Source of the DNA: a virus
Lineage: Duplodnaviria; Caudoviricetes
Strand: one strand, 5' to 3'
DNA: 47,652 nucleotides
IMG/VR virus record: IMGVR_UViG_3300012942_000064
Span: 1-47,652 of that record
The notes beneath the pieces are model-generated. The model was not told the origin of the DNA, made no database searches, and was given only the letters and a program-made list of their open reading frames with translations. Shown here in pieces: positions 9,401 through 18,212 of the stretch (position 1 is its first letter; each line of letters begins with the position of its first letter). Made by a program: the position numbers and the translations under genes.

Positions 9401-12400
9401 TCCTCGACCGCATGTTCCCGTCTGACTTCATGCAGAGTCATCCGGAGGCCAATCCAGACATTTACCAGAAGTGGGATGATCGAGCCCTCTCCCGTAAGCA
9501 GCAGATTCTTGAAGCTGTTGATGCTGGAGATCAGCAGGCGGCGCTAGAGGCGCTTGGCGGACATTCTGACCCGGATTACATGTTCTCTGATGATCCTGAG
9601 GTGAATCGAAAGGGGCGCAAGTATGCGGATGACCTTGCTGCTGCGCAGCAGGCTATCCGTGATCTGACTGCAACTCCGAGCACAGACACGGACACCGACG
9701 AGCGCCTGGCCGATGAGCAGAAGGACTTTGAGGACTGGCGGGACAACACGCTTCCGAACATGCCCGACGAGGAGTTCAATGCTGTCTACCGAGACAATCC
9801 ATCCATGCTGGATATGCTCTCTCCGGAGGAACGTGAGGCGGTCCAGAATGAGATCGCACGTCGCGCCCCACAGCAAATAGGACTCACTGACGCACAGATC
9901 GACAGCATCATTCAGGCCACCAATGAGAATGGCGGCGGATCATTCGATCTAATCAACGGTGGACAGCAGCCGACTGATGGATTCATGGTCGGTGTGCCGG
10001 GACATGAGCTTCGACTCACCCCGGAACAGTTCACACCTGATGCCATACGTCAATATGTCGAAGACAACCAGGATGTACTTAACCAGTCCGGAAACCACCT
10101 CGGAACCTGGGTAGCAGATGACGGCCGTATCGTACTCGATGTCTCGGAGCGCGAACCAGACCAGGCCACTGCTATCCAGAAGGGTGAGGAACGTAACCAG
10201 GAAGGCATCTACGATGTCGCCAACCAGGAGTTCATCAGCACGGGTGGAACGGGCGAAGAGACCGGTAACCGCCACGATGAGGCACTGAAGTGGGCACAAG
10301 ACAATAGCCTGCCGGACGAAGAGGCGTTCGCGGACTGGTATGCACAGCAGGACCCGGATGCGTTCAACGATCTGAATGATGCCTATGCACAGTTCCCTGG
10401 TGTCCCAGAAGAGGCAGAGACTGGCGTCGAGCCAGTCTCAGATGTAGATACTGACACTAATGCTGAGGAACCATCGATCCCGGTAACACTGGAGAATCAT
10501 TTCGACAAGGCCAATCCTGGTGCGCAGATCACCCATCAGGTCCGCACTGTCGCTCAGGTGATCTTTGGTGGTCAGACGGTCAGCGTGGCATTCCGAAAGC
10601 TGGATGATGGTACCTGGGTGGATGAGAAGGGTAATATTCTCACCTCGAAGGAACTGTCCGACTTCCTGGCAGCCCACCCGAACCGAGGCACTGGAAGCAT
10701 GGTCACCGACCGGTACTTCTTCAATGACGCCCCGGCTAAGGCACGACGTGCCTCCACCACAGGTGGCCGTAGCCACCGACCTATGCCGACATTCTCCATC
10801 AACACGGATGATCTGTCTGCTCCGTCCGATGATTCGCTGCTTCGTCGTCTTGCGGAACTTGATCCGAAGTCGGATGAGGCTGAACGGATTCGTGCCGAAA
10901 TAGCCCAGCGTCTCGCCGTTCGTCACGAGAGTCCGGGATTGCTCAAGGATCAGCCACTTGATCTGAACGAGTTCGGAGAACCGACGAACTCCGGAGCCGC
11001 CATCGATTTCGGTCTGACAGACGGTGATGACGAGATTCCCGTCTATGAGGGCGATTCTGACTCCTATATTGATCCCGATGCTGATCCTACTCCGGAGCAG
11101 GCGGATGAGACCCGTGCTATGGCAGCCGGAGTCTTGAACGAGGACAATATCCCGTTCAAGGATGCCGATGAGGATTATGCAGATGAAGACTTCATGCCCT
11201 CCGATGAGCAGCGTGGTGTCATTCGAGCGATCATGTCCAAGTTCAGTGTGGTTGTGCAGGCCCTGGCCGGTTCTGGAAAGTCCACCACTGTCAAGCTCGC
11301 GATGCGACGCCTGGCCAAGGATCGACCGAACATCAAGGGACATTACCTCGTCTTCAACCGACGCAACAACGAGGAGTTCCAGGACGAGAAGAAGAATGGC
11401 AAGCGCGGTAAGCAGACCATTCCGTCCGGATTTGACTCGACTACATTCGAAGGCCTCTCCTTCCGTGGGGTACCGAAGTGGGTCCGTGACCGCTTCAACG
11501 CTTCCAAGAACTCTGATGACCGTATCCTTAAGCGTTTCGAGGACATTGCAACACACTTCGACCTGAAGAATGGTCTCGAAACCGAAGATGGTCAGCACCG
11601 ACTCGACCGCTTCGAGACCGTTGCCGGATTGCGTGATGCTATCAAGGCCTTCACGATCAGCCCAGATCGAGCCATTAACATGCAGCACCTGGACAAGGCT
11701 GGGTTGCCGCGTACTCAAGAAGCTCTGGACGCAGCCAATGCCTTCTGGGATGACATGGTGTCCGAGGATGGTGTTCTGGGTATCGACAATGGTGTCATCA
11801 CCAAGATGTTCGCACTGTCTGATCCGGACCTGAAGAAGATGCTGGGTATCGATGTTCTCTTCGTAGATGAAGCCCAGGACATGAATCCAGTGTGGTCGGA
11901 CCTGTTGAAGAAGCAGGCTGGTCTCCAGCAGGTGCTCGTCGGTGATTCCCGTCAGGCCATCTATGGCTTCCGTGGTGGTGTGGATGAACTGGACAACATG
12001 CCGTCTGATATTGAGCTTCCGCTCACCACCACTTGGCGCTTCGGTCCGCAGATCGCGGGTATCGGTAACCGATTCCTGTCTCTGCTTGGCAGCAAGTACA
12101 AGATTCGTGGTGGAGGTCAGGAGGGCTCCGTAGTCGAGCCGAGTTCTATGGAGAACCCGGATGCGGTGCTTACTCGCTCTGTAGCTGGTGCTATCGGTGA
12201 GATCATGAATCAGCTTCAGAATGGTAAGAAGGTTGGGTCTAACAGCAACTTTAAGAACGAGGCGACCCAGTTCCTCGAATCCTTGCGAGCCCTTCGCAAC
12301 AACGACCACGCCAAGGTCAAGCATCCCGAGCTTTCCAAGTTCTCTTCCTATGAGGAGTTCGAGAAGGATGCACGATCCGGTAAGCTCGATGCCCGAGGCA

Positions 12401-15400
12401 ATGCCTTCTTCCGTGTCATCGACACCTACGGCCAATCCGAGGTGGAGTCTGCTATTGCTGCCATCCTCATTACGGACGGATCACGAGACAGCCATGATTG
12501 GAGCACCAAGCCTGGCTCCTCCGGGCCTCTATCCACGAAGGAACTCTGGAAGAAGACCCGTGACGGTCGCAACTACAAGGCCAAGTCCACCATCAACTAT
12601 GAGATCGAGGACAACGGAGATGGCACCGTCAATGTCAACCTGACCGGGGACACCTTCGATTTCAAGGATGACATCAAGACCGCAGGTCTGCGCTGGGACA
12701 AGAGCTTTGGTGCCAAGGGTGCCTGGCGTCTGCTCGGAGCAGATCAGACAGAGGCGGAGGCCGCACTCAGCCGTCTAGCTGGTCAGGATCGACCGGATGT
12801 GGTAGTCATGACCGCTCACACGTCCAAGGGTATGGAATGGCCAAATGTGAAGATCGGTGATGACTTCCGTGGTCCACAGGCTGATCCGAAGACTGGAGAG
12901 ATGGTCTATCCGGAGGATGAGGAAATTCGTCTCGCCTATGTGGCTGTCACTCGTGCCCAGAACCAACTCGATCCTGGTGCTTTGTCATGGATTATGGGCT
13001 ATACCAATGATGAAGACGAGGACCCGGATGTCCCGGCTCAGGGTAAGCCGACCGGTTGGGGCACTAATGAGGAAGTCGAACTTCCAGAGGTTCGGGAAGA
13101 GTCTACCCCTGTTCCTACTCCTGCACCCGAAGCAGAACCAGAGCCCGAACCGGTACCGGCTGATCTCACAAACGATGAACTGCAAACCGCTGAGCGTCTG
13201 GCTCCGAACCCGGAGACCCGAGATCGAATCCAGGCTGCACAGCAGCAACGAGAGGAACCGGCTGAACTGCCTGACTCTATTCAAGAACTGGAGGACATGG
13301 CTGGTGCGCTGGAATCTCGCCTCGTCCGAGCAACTCCGGCGCGCGCTCGTGTGCTGAATGCGCAACTCGACCGTATCTATGACAAGATCGAATCCATCGA
13401 GAATGGCACCACTGAGCCCGCCCAACAGCGCAGTGCTGACGACTTGCGTAATGAAGTTCAAGATGCGTACCAGAAGTTCTCGGATGTGCTGAATAACGAA
13501 GACAGCACTATGGATGACGTGGATCAGGCGGAGACTGATTTCGAGTCTGTCCGTGATCGCAACAATGCTGAGCTTCAACAGGAGGGTGAACAGCCGTGGG
13601 CTCAGCCGAGGTTGAATGCGGAGGGTGAACTCACTCCCGAGAATGAGGAGAATACTCCGGAGGAACTTCAGCGTACGATTGATGGTCTAAAGGACCGCCT
13701 CGGCACTGCGCAGCGTGACCGTCAGCGTCAGATCATCCAGCAGGAGATCGACCGCACCCAGCAGCGCTTGGATGATATGCAGGCTCCTGCTGCCACAGAA
13801 GAGGCCGTGCCGGAGGCAGCTACTGCTCCGGTGGACAAGTTGTTCAACTATGTAACGGATATCGGTATCAGTTCACCTGAGATTGCTGAACGAGTGAACA
13901 ACTTGATTCAGGAACTTTCCAACGTCATAGGTGATCTTCCTGATGGGGTGGATAAGCCTAAGCTGATCGTCGCTAGTAACAGTGTTCTCAAGGGCATGGG
14001 TCTTACACGACACCGTAAAGATTTCGGTATCTATGCTCCGCACTTGAACACGATCTTCATCACCGAGCGAGGACTTGCCGGGGATGACAAGAGTTTGCAG
14101 CGCACACTGAATCATGAGTTCGAGCATTTCCTCTTCTCTAAGTATTTCACTCGACCCGATGTATCGGCCGAACAGAAGCAAGTACTGGACAACTTGGTGA
14201 AGACGGTACGATCTTCGGAGTCATACAAGCGCTTGGTCAAGCAACTCAATGCTAAAATCATTGGCAACCGAAGCTACTGGTTGGACAAGGATGAGACGCT
14301 CGCCCGAGCATTCGCGGACTACATCACTTATGCTAATGGACATGACAGTCAGGTCAACCGTAGTGGACCAACTGGGCCTGTCATTCAGTTCGATCATAGT
14401 GAACTTGCCCCGATTCATGAGGCCTTTGATCGTCTGCTGAGTGCTCATGGTTTGCAGTCTGATTTCCATGTCGATCCTGATTCTGCTCCGGATATGGTCG
14501 CGGCTAAGGCCAAGGTGGATGATCTTCTTCCAGGAGATGTGCTCGATCTACCTGATATGGGTAGAGTTCGTGTCGGAAGCATTGTCCGTACCCGCTCCGG
14601 AGGTCGTGTTCTGCACGTTGGAGCATTGGACCCGAACAGCCCGCTGTTTGATGCCAATGAGAGTGGTGTGGCGGCTGTGCCTATGCATAGCACGGATGAT
14701 GTGACGGTGTTCCGTGGTGGTGCGCTCTTCGATAACCTAGTGGAGCAGATCAAGGATCACCAGTACAAGCGTAGTCCTGAATATGCTCGTCAGATTCTGG
14801 CAGGTAAGGATATTCCGGCAGATCGTCGTCAGGAGATCGAAGACCTGTTGAGTGCGAACCCGTCTGCTTCGGATGTGAGTTCTGTTCTTGAAGAGATTTC
14901 TGGGGCTCCGAACCTTCCCGGTACGGCGACTAAGCCGAAGCAGAGGCCAGCACAGCGTGTGCCGCGTGACCCGGAGACGGAAGCTCAAGAACGTGATCCG
15001 CTCCATGTCATTGACACGGAGCATGTCATGGACCTGGTGCGCCGTGACTTCCCGGACCACACTACGAGAGGAGACAATGAACTCGTCATCGCTACCAAGG
15101 ATGAGAATGGCAAGCGTTATGACCTCGTAGTTCGACGTACTGCTCGGGAGAAGTTCTTCGCATACGTTTCGGAGACCGATCTGCAAACCGGAGCCCAGCG
15201 TGTTCTGCGTCTCCGCGAGGGTGGTGCTCAGAACCACTCCTATACCGCACTGATGTCCCAGATCAACCAGGGGCTGCTCTACGTGAGTAACCCCGGTCAT
15301 ACCTCAGCAGACATGCTGAATAATTCTCGCCGCCGAGGAGAAATTGAGACTCTCGCCCCAGGTGAACGTTTGACAGATGGCCCACTTTCGGAATTCATTG

Positions 15401-17616
15401 ACCGGACTGACTGGCCGATGACCCGTTCTGATTCCTTCAACAATGCAGTTGCTGCCATTGCTGAACTTCTGGATGATCCATCTGTGCAGCGTTCTGTGCT
15501 GGATCAGATTGCGGCTGGTGTGCATCAGCCTTCGGCATTCGTGGATAAGATCGCGGATGCTGTGGCTCGACGCAAGCAGGCTGAGTTGGAAGACAAGCCA
15601 ACATTGCAGGCCCCGTCACATGTTTCCTATGATGGTCAGGTACTCCAGCCTGGTGATGTGGTGGATTGGACGGACACTCGTGAGTATCTCACTGAGAATG
15701 GCAACAAGGTGCCAAACCCCAACTATGGACGGGTCTATCGCGGATATGTACGCACCATCGAGAACCATAAAGTGGTTAAGGTTGGTGAAGGTTATGCCTA
15801 CAAGGATACTGTACGCGCTGTATTCCCAGAGTTGAACAAGGAGTTCATATCGGACAATCCTGGAACTAAGCGCAAGAACGCCAGTGATGTGAGTCGGGTG
15901 TCCTCTAAGCTGAAGGTTGTTTCTGGGCAAGATGCACCCCTGAGTGAGCCGTTCTTCTCTGACACATATGCTCCAGATACAGATATGCCAAAGGTGACAG
16001 CCCAGAACTTCGGTTCTACACCGTCTACCCAGGGAGGCACTACTCCACGGGCACCTCAAGGCTCGAACCAGAACAACAACTGGTCGGACTTCTCGGCCGA
16101 CGAGAACACGACTACGGCTACAGACGGTGGGAACTTGGTTTACACTGGCAACGTGGACCTGGTGATCCCGGATAACAAGTCCCACCTCATCAATATGGTG
16201 GACGGATCGTCCTGGGTGGGTGCGACTCGGCATGACATCCGACCTGGTGATATTCTGAAGACGCCGGATGGTGATCTGCATTACGTTGTTGCAACCAATG
16301 ATGCGGGTAGTTACAGTCGAGTCAAGATCGTTCGATTCAAGTCCAACGGTGAGGATATGCAGCAGCGAGATGTTCGTATGACCGGAGACAAGAAGTTCGG
16401 TGTCTTCCGCCCGAAGCTAGAAGATGTCTCTGCCGGTGATCCGCAGATCGCGAAGATGAAGAATGCTGTGCGCATGATCATGGGTGGTAAGTCCGTACCT
16501 GACATCCTACTGCCTCAGATCAACCGTGTTCTCACCGATCCGGATGCAACCATGAATGAGTTGAAGAAGGTTCTGAGCACCTTGCGAAGCCTCAAGCCTC
16601 GTAATCAGACTCGTAATCCGAACAATCTGCATGCTGCTATCGAGGGTATCCTCCGAGATGCCCGAGTCAATCCGGCTCTTGCTGCCGCTCCTGGTGTTGC
16701 TGATCTGCCGGATATGCAACGAGTGCTACAACAGGATGCGGCCCGGCTGTCAGCAACCCCGCTGGAACGTGACCGAGTGGGTGCTGCATTCACACCGGAG
16801 ACGGCACTTCAGAACATCAAGCCGACTTCCGCCAACAAGAACCATGTTGAAGAGGATGCGGCTGAAGCTCAGGCTCTGGCAGATGTGGTCAGCAAGACGA
16901 AGACCACATTGTTGGATGACATCACTGCGAAGACGGACGGATTCTCCGCGATCTTCCGTCATCTCGTCCAGGATGAGAGTGGCAACATCTACTTTGTGAA
17001 GGGCACCGCCGATGCAAACGCGGCTCAGAATGAGATTCTGTCCGCTGCTGTTGCTAATCTGCTCGGATTTGATCAAGTTCATGCCGCAGAAGTAGTTGAC
17101 TACCCACATGCACCAGAAGATGCATCGAACGTGGTGGTGATGACGAACATGTCCGGCAACATCATCGGAGCATCAGACGAGGGCAAGCGTCTTTTGGCGA
17201 GCATGATGCGACAGCGTACACCAGAAAAAGATGTCGTGAACATGGGAATACTGGACTACATCACCGATCAGGGTGACCGTAACCCCGGCAACTACTTCTT
17301 CGTAGAGGACCCGGATACCGGAGAATTCCGTATTGCACCGGTAGACAGTGAATTCGCTGCATGGGGAAACCCACAGTTTGCCGACCCGGAGGCTCACACA
17401 CCGGAGAGTACGTTCTTCACCCCGTTCAGTGCTGATCTTCTTGCACGAATTCGTTCTGGAAACGCCCCAGTTTCCTCAGCGGATTTGTTAAGATTGAGGA
17501 ATGCTCTCGGAGCCCTTCGCAGTGCATTCTCAGCCATGGGTGCTGAAGACAAGTGGAATGGCATGATGCAGCGCATCGCAACCCTTATCAACGGAGTCAA
17601 CGGATATGACATCTAA
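6460..17616 (+). CDS. Giant multidomain ('polyvalent') head-module protein: GNAT, duplicated unknown domain, SF1/UvrD-like helicase, HExxH metallopeptidase, SH3-like barrels, HipA/PI3-4-kinase-like domain
   Basis: Start probably ATG 6460 (AGAAGGAA SD) or leaderless 6427; track starts at 6406. GNAT: GTGAGSHLM..EAVPYYKKLG (~8980-9295). Helicase: ALAGSGKST, DEAQD, VGDSRQAIYGFRG, TWRFG, TAHTSKGMEW, LAYVAVTRA (~11190-12990). TLNHEFEH..ETLARAF (~14100-14320). Kinase: YFVKG, NEILSAAVANLLG, DRNPGN, VDSEF (~16950-17616). Confidence 0.9.
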   Translation: MPNQLHALLAGVFSGGNSRAARSLRAHLQLRDRYGRFVWMGGGIKFKVRLPNGSTPSVIGKYVGAVSPGVGQIYVQDDPNGLKTGFYDVNSNNIQQYVAELSPDALARQNIQIGKDAAGNPVGARTAEDIPDVASVPFSEAPTGWKVTEKDQNDNPVSFATDDGDFGYDTKAFGAPVIWKKDSGIYQKVDDWAQAIDKINNVDSGDEDWEASVTDVAEANPDENAKKLDKLNKQRDMLNDKLSKTANGDQADRISDQIDKIDAQIEALEGQTSDQGQTPAGGSEFDTDTNGVAKQGFIIPTGKKTADASPEGLAKLVNDEKDYLTEGGGKRLVIDDDNHTAEIYSSAADLNEAKAQAGGMGAPEIISLETGEHITNDKADNYNENSGTPEGGDAPEGSGQPDDNTETTDQAAPTSKSGTGVTRKDVATAVGWSGDGLSHYDENGQPIDLTQDRVTRRAATKFRKDKHTENMTPEEKQALAADLRKKAAGTQGFEKPEEAKPRQDALKRVADQIESGGIAAPKKRETKNAQKSDSDSQQSEGHDAGSNPAVDDADQPAEQQPDSKSGSAADTGDESSTDSSEQRGDADSRTEQQPADSDATGTERSTESAPELDALDQEIPKDIEGLKRRLAALERMTRRVKADDPNFDKAHEAYQQVAKRLDEQPEDHQAEPGSVEDLQHRAQVLQDAFDDPNIRPKDKIDLSDKIDEIADRIDAKQDEEEAAPDTSREGLQAHLQELQARRDASQRPAQQRILDKQIKETQDQIDALPEEQGDAVDAAAPEAPTSFDVIDAGRTGSDAAKAFAQKLQDWADQNDVDVHDGGRLEGMMSALLEKPSNNQANDLKVIVDADGVPTAVMGTQRLVRMSPKTRKFLPSELSVVSLYTREDGTGAGSHLMQEAAKEASDLHRRLTVSGATPEAVPYYKKLGATFRDGARPDGLSDGTWSDKKRDALASPTAPAPEPEAAPAATNLADKYPEFAAILDRMFPSDFMQSHPEANPDIYQKWDDRALSRKQQILEAVDAGDQQAALEALGGHSDPDYMFSDDPEVNRKGRKYADDLAAAQQAIRDLTATPSTDTDTDERLADEQKDFEDWRDNTLPNMPDEEFNAVYRDNPSMLDMLSPEEREAVQNEIARRAPQQIGLTDAQIDSIIQATNENGGGSFDLINGGQQPTDGFMVGVPGHELRLTPEQFTPDAIRQYVEDNQDVLNQSGNHLGTWVADDGRIVLDVSEREPDQATAIQKGEERNQEGIYDVANQEFISTGGTGEETGNRHDEALKWAQDNSLPDEEAFADWYAQQDPDAFNDLNDAYAQFPGVPEEAETGVEPVSDVDTDTNAEEPSIPVTLENHFDKANPGAQITHQVRTVAQVIFGGQTVSVAFRKLDDGTWVDEKGNILTSKELSDFLAAHPNRGTGSMVTDRYFFNDAPAKARRASTTGGRSHRPMPTFSINTDDLSAPSDDSLLRRLAELDPKSDEAERIRAEIAQRLAVRHESPGLLKDQPLDLNEFGEPTNSGAAIDFGLTDGDDEIPVYEGDSDSYIDPDADPTPEQADETRAMAAGVLNEDNIPFKDADEDYADEDFMPSDEQRGVIRAIMSKFSVVVQALAGSGKSTTVKLAMRRLAKDRPNIKGHYLVFNRRNNEEFQDEKKNGKRGKQTIPSGFDSTTFEGLSFRGVPKWVRDRFNASKNSDDRILKRFEDIATHFDLKNGLETEDGQHRLDRFETVAGLRDAIKAFTISPDRAINMQHLDKAGLPRTQEALDAANAFWDDMVSEDGVLGIDNGVITKMFALSDPDLKKMLGIDVLFVDEAQDMNPVWSDLLKKQAGLQQVLVGDSRQAIYGFRGGVDELDNMPSDIELPLTTTWRFGPQIAGIGNRFLSLLGSKYKIRGGGQEGSVVEPSSMENPDAVLTRSVAGAIGEIMNQLQNGKKVGSNSNFKNEATQFLESLRALRNNDHAKVKHPELSKFSSYEEFEKDARSGKLDARGNAFFRVIDTYGQSEVESAIAAILITDGSRDSHDWSTKPGSSGPLSTKELWKKTRDGRNYKAKSTINYEIEDNGDGTVNVNLTGDTFDFKDDIKTAGLRWDKSFGAKGAWRLLGADQTEAEAALSRLAGQDRPDVVVMTAHTSKGMEWPNVKIGDDFRGPQADPKTGEMVYPEDEEIRLAYVAVTRAQNQLDPGALSWIMGYTNDEDEDPDVPAQGKPTGWGTNEEVELPEVREESTPVPTPAPEAEPEPEPVPADLTNDELQTAERLAPNPETRDRIQAAQQQREEPAELPDSIQELEDMAGALESRLVRATPARARVLNAQLDRIYDKIESIENGTTEPAQQRSADDLRNEVQDAYQKFSDVLNNEDSTMDDVDQAETDFESVRDRNNAELQQEGEQPWAQPRLNAEGELTPENEENTPEELQRTIDGLKDRLGTAQRDRQRQIIQQEIDRTQQRLDDMQAPAATEEAVPEAATAPVDKLFNYVTDIGISSPEIAERVNNLIQELSNVIGDLPDGVDKPKLIVASNSVLKGMGLTRHRKDFGIYAPHLNTIFITERGLAGDDKSLQRTLNHEFEHFLFSKYFTRPDVSAEQKQVLDNLVKTVRSSESYKRLVKQLNAKIIGNRSYWLDKDETLARAFADYITYANGHDSQVNRSGPTGPVIQFDHSELAPIHEAFDRLLSAHGLQSDFHVDPDSAPDMVAAKAKVDDLLPGDVLDLPDMGRVRVGSIVRTRSGGRVLHVGALDPNSPLFDANESGVAAVPMHSTDDVTVFRGGALFDNLVEQIKDHQYKRSPEYARQILAGKDIPADRRQEIEDLLSANPSASDVSSVLEEISGAPNLPGTATKPKQRPAQRVPRDPETEAQERDPLHVIDTEHVMDLVRRDFPDHTTRGDNELVIATKDENGKRYDLVVRRTAREKFFAYVSETDLQTGAQRVLRLREGGAQNHSYTALMSQINQGLLYVSNPGHTSADMLNNSRRRGEIETLAPGERLTDGPLSEFIDRTDWPMTRSDSFNNAVAAIAELLDDPSVQRSVLDQIAAGVHQPSAFVDKIADAVARRKQAELEDKPTLQAPSHVSYDGQVLQPGDVVDWTDTREYLTENGNKVPNPNYGRVYRGYVRTIENHKVVKVGEGYAYKDTVRAVFPELNKEFISDNPGTKRKNASDVSRVSSKLKVVSGQDAPLSEPFFSDTYAPDTDMPKVTAQNFGSTPSTQGGTTPRAPQGSNQNNNWSDFSADENTTTATDGGNLVYTGNVDLVIPDNKSHLINMVDGSSWVGATRHDIRPGDILKTPDGDLHYVVATNDAGSYSRVKIVRFKSNGEDMQQRDVRMTGDKKFGVFRPKLEDVSAGDPQIAKMKNAVRMIMGGKSVPDILLPQINRVLTDPDATMNELKKVLSTLRSLKPRNQTRNPNNLHAAIEGILRDARVNPALAAAPGVADLPDMQRVLQQDAARLSATPLERDRVGAAFTPETALQNIKPTSANKNHVEEDAAEAQALADVVSKTKTTLLDDITAKTDGFSAIFRHLVQDESGNIYFVKGTADANAAQNEILSAAVANLLGFDQVHAAEVVDYPHAPEDASNVVVMTNMSGNIIGASDEGKRLLASMMRQRTPEKDVVNMGILDYITDQGDRNPGNYFFVEDPDTGEFRIAPVDSEFAAWGNPQFADPEAHTPESTFFTPFSADLLARIRSGNAPVSSADLLRLRNALGALRSAFSAMGAEDKWNGMMQRIATLINGVNGYDI

Positions 17617-18211
17617 CTTCCCCCTCTACCCCTCCCCAGGGGTTATGATCAACAAGTCGGACCAGACCTATGAGCCCATCAAGCGTGCTGATCTTGATCA
17701 GGACTCCGGAACGATTACGGTACGAAAAGCACCCAGTGGATCAGAAGAATATTCGACAGATGGGCACACTCCTGGCCGAGGTGCTGATACAATAGAGTTT
17801 GAGTCAAATGGATCACAGTATGTCATCCGACCGATTCGCAGCGAGGACGGTTATTGGCTGTCTGATCTGCACACATCTATACCGATTGATGCTCTGATGG
17901 ATAAGGTAACTGGAGACAACATGAACGAGACACTCACCGCATATATGCTGGATGATTCTCCATATGTTGTCGGCCTCGTCTACCACACAGACAACGGAGA
18001 TTACTCTCGTGAAGACGGTATGTGGGTGCAGCTATCACCAGATGATGATCTGTTCTCGAACGATGATGTCTACAGTGCGGATATCGACCCGAGCAAGGCC
18101 GACGAATTCATCAACCTGTACGACGATAACTATGTGAGCGTCGATGACCTCACCGACTATGAATCCGCAGATTCGGAGCCTGAGGAGGACTCCGATTCTT
18201 CCGAGGAGTGA
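17606..18211 (+). CDS. Hypothetical acidic protein in the head module
   Basis: Overlaps the giant-gene stop; contains a YSREDGMW module also seen in the next gene; possible internal start at 17921 (GGAGA SD). Confidence 0.75.
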   Translation: MTSNFPLYPSPGVMINKSDQTYEPIKRADLDQDSGTITVRKAPSGSEEYSTDGHTPGRGADTIEFESNGSQYVIRPIRSEDGYWLSDLHTSIPIDALMDKVTGDNMNETLTAYMLDDSPYVVGLVYHTDNGDYSREDGMWVQLSPDDDLFSNDDVYSADIDPSKADEFINLYDDNYVSVDDLTDYESADSEPEEDSDSSEE

Positions 18212-18212
18212 A

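Noticed and set aside
10438-12435. 665-aa ORF on the - strand
   Set aside because: Lies wholly antisense to the helicase region of the giant gene; has no recognisable motifs; expected shadow of biased codon usage
14500-16410. Possible intein/HINT domain from repeated 'L.PGD' motifs in the giant protein
   Set aside because: No N-terminal Cys block or HN-C/S/T end; better read as SH3/KOW-like barrels
17785-17793. TGATACAAT extended -10 inside the 17606 gene
   Set aside because: Within coding sequence and could be chance; worth revisiting only if TSS data support a transcript for the 17921 start
18144-18212. ORF-track start of the protease fusion
   Set aside because: Overlaps the upstream gene by 68 nt; ATG 18213 has a GAGGAG SD
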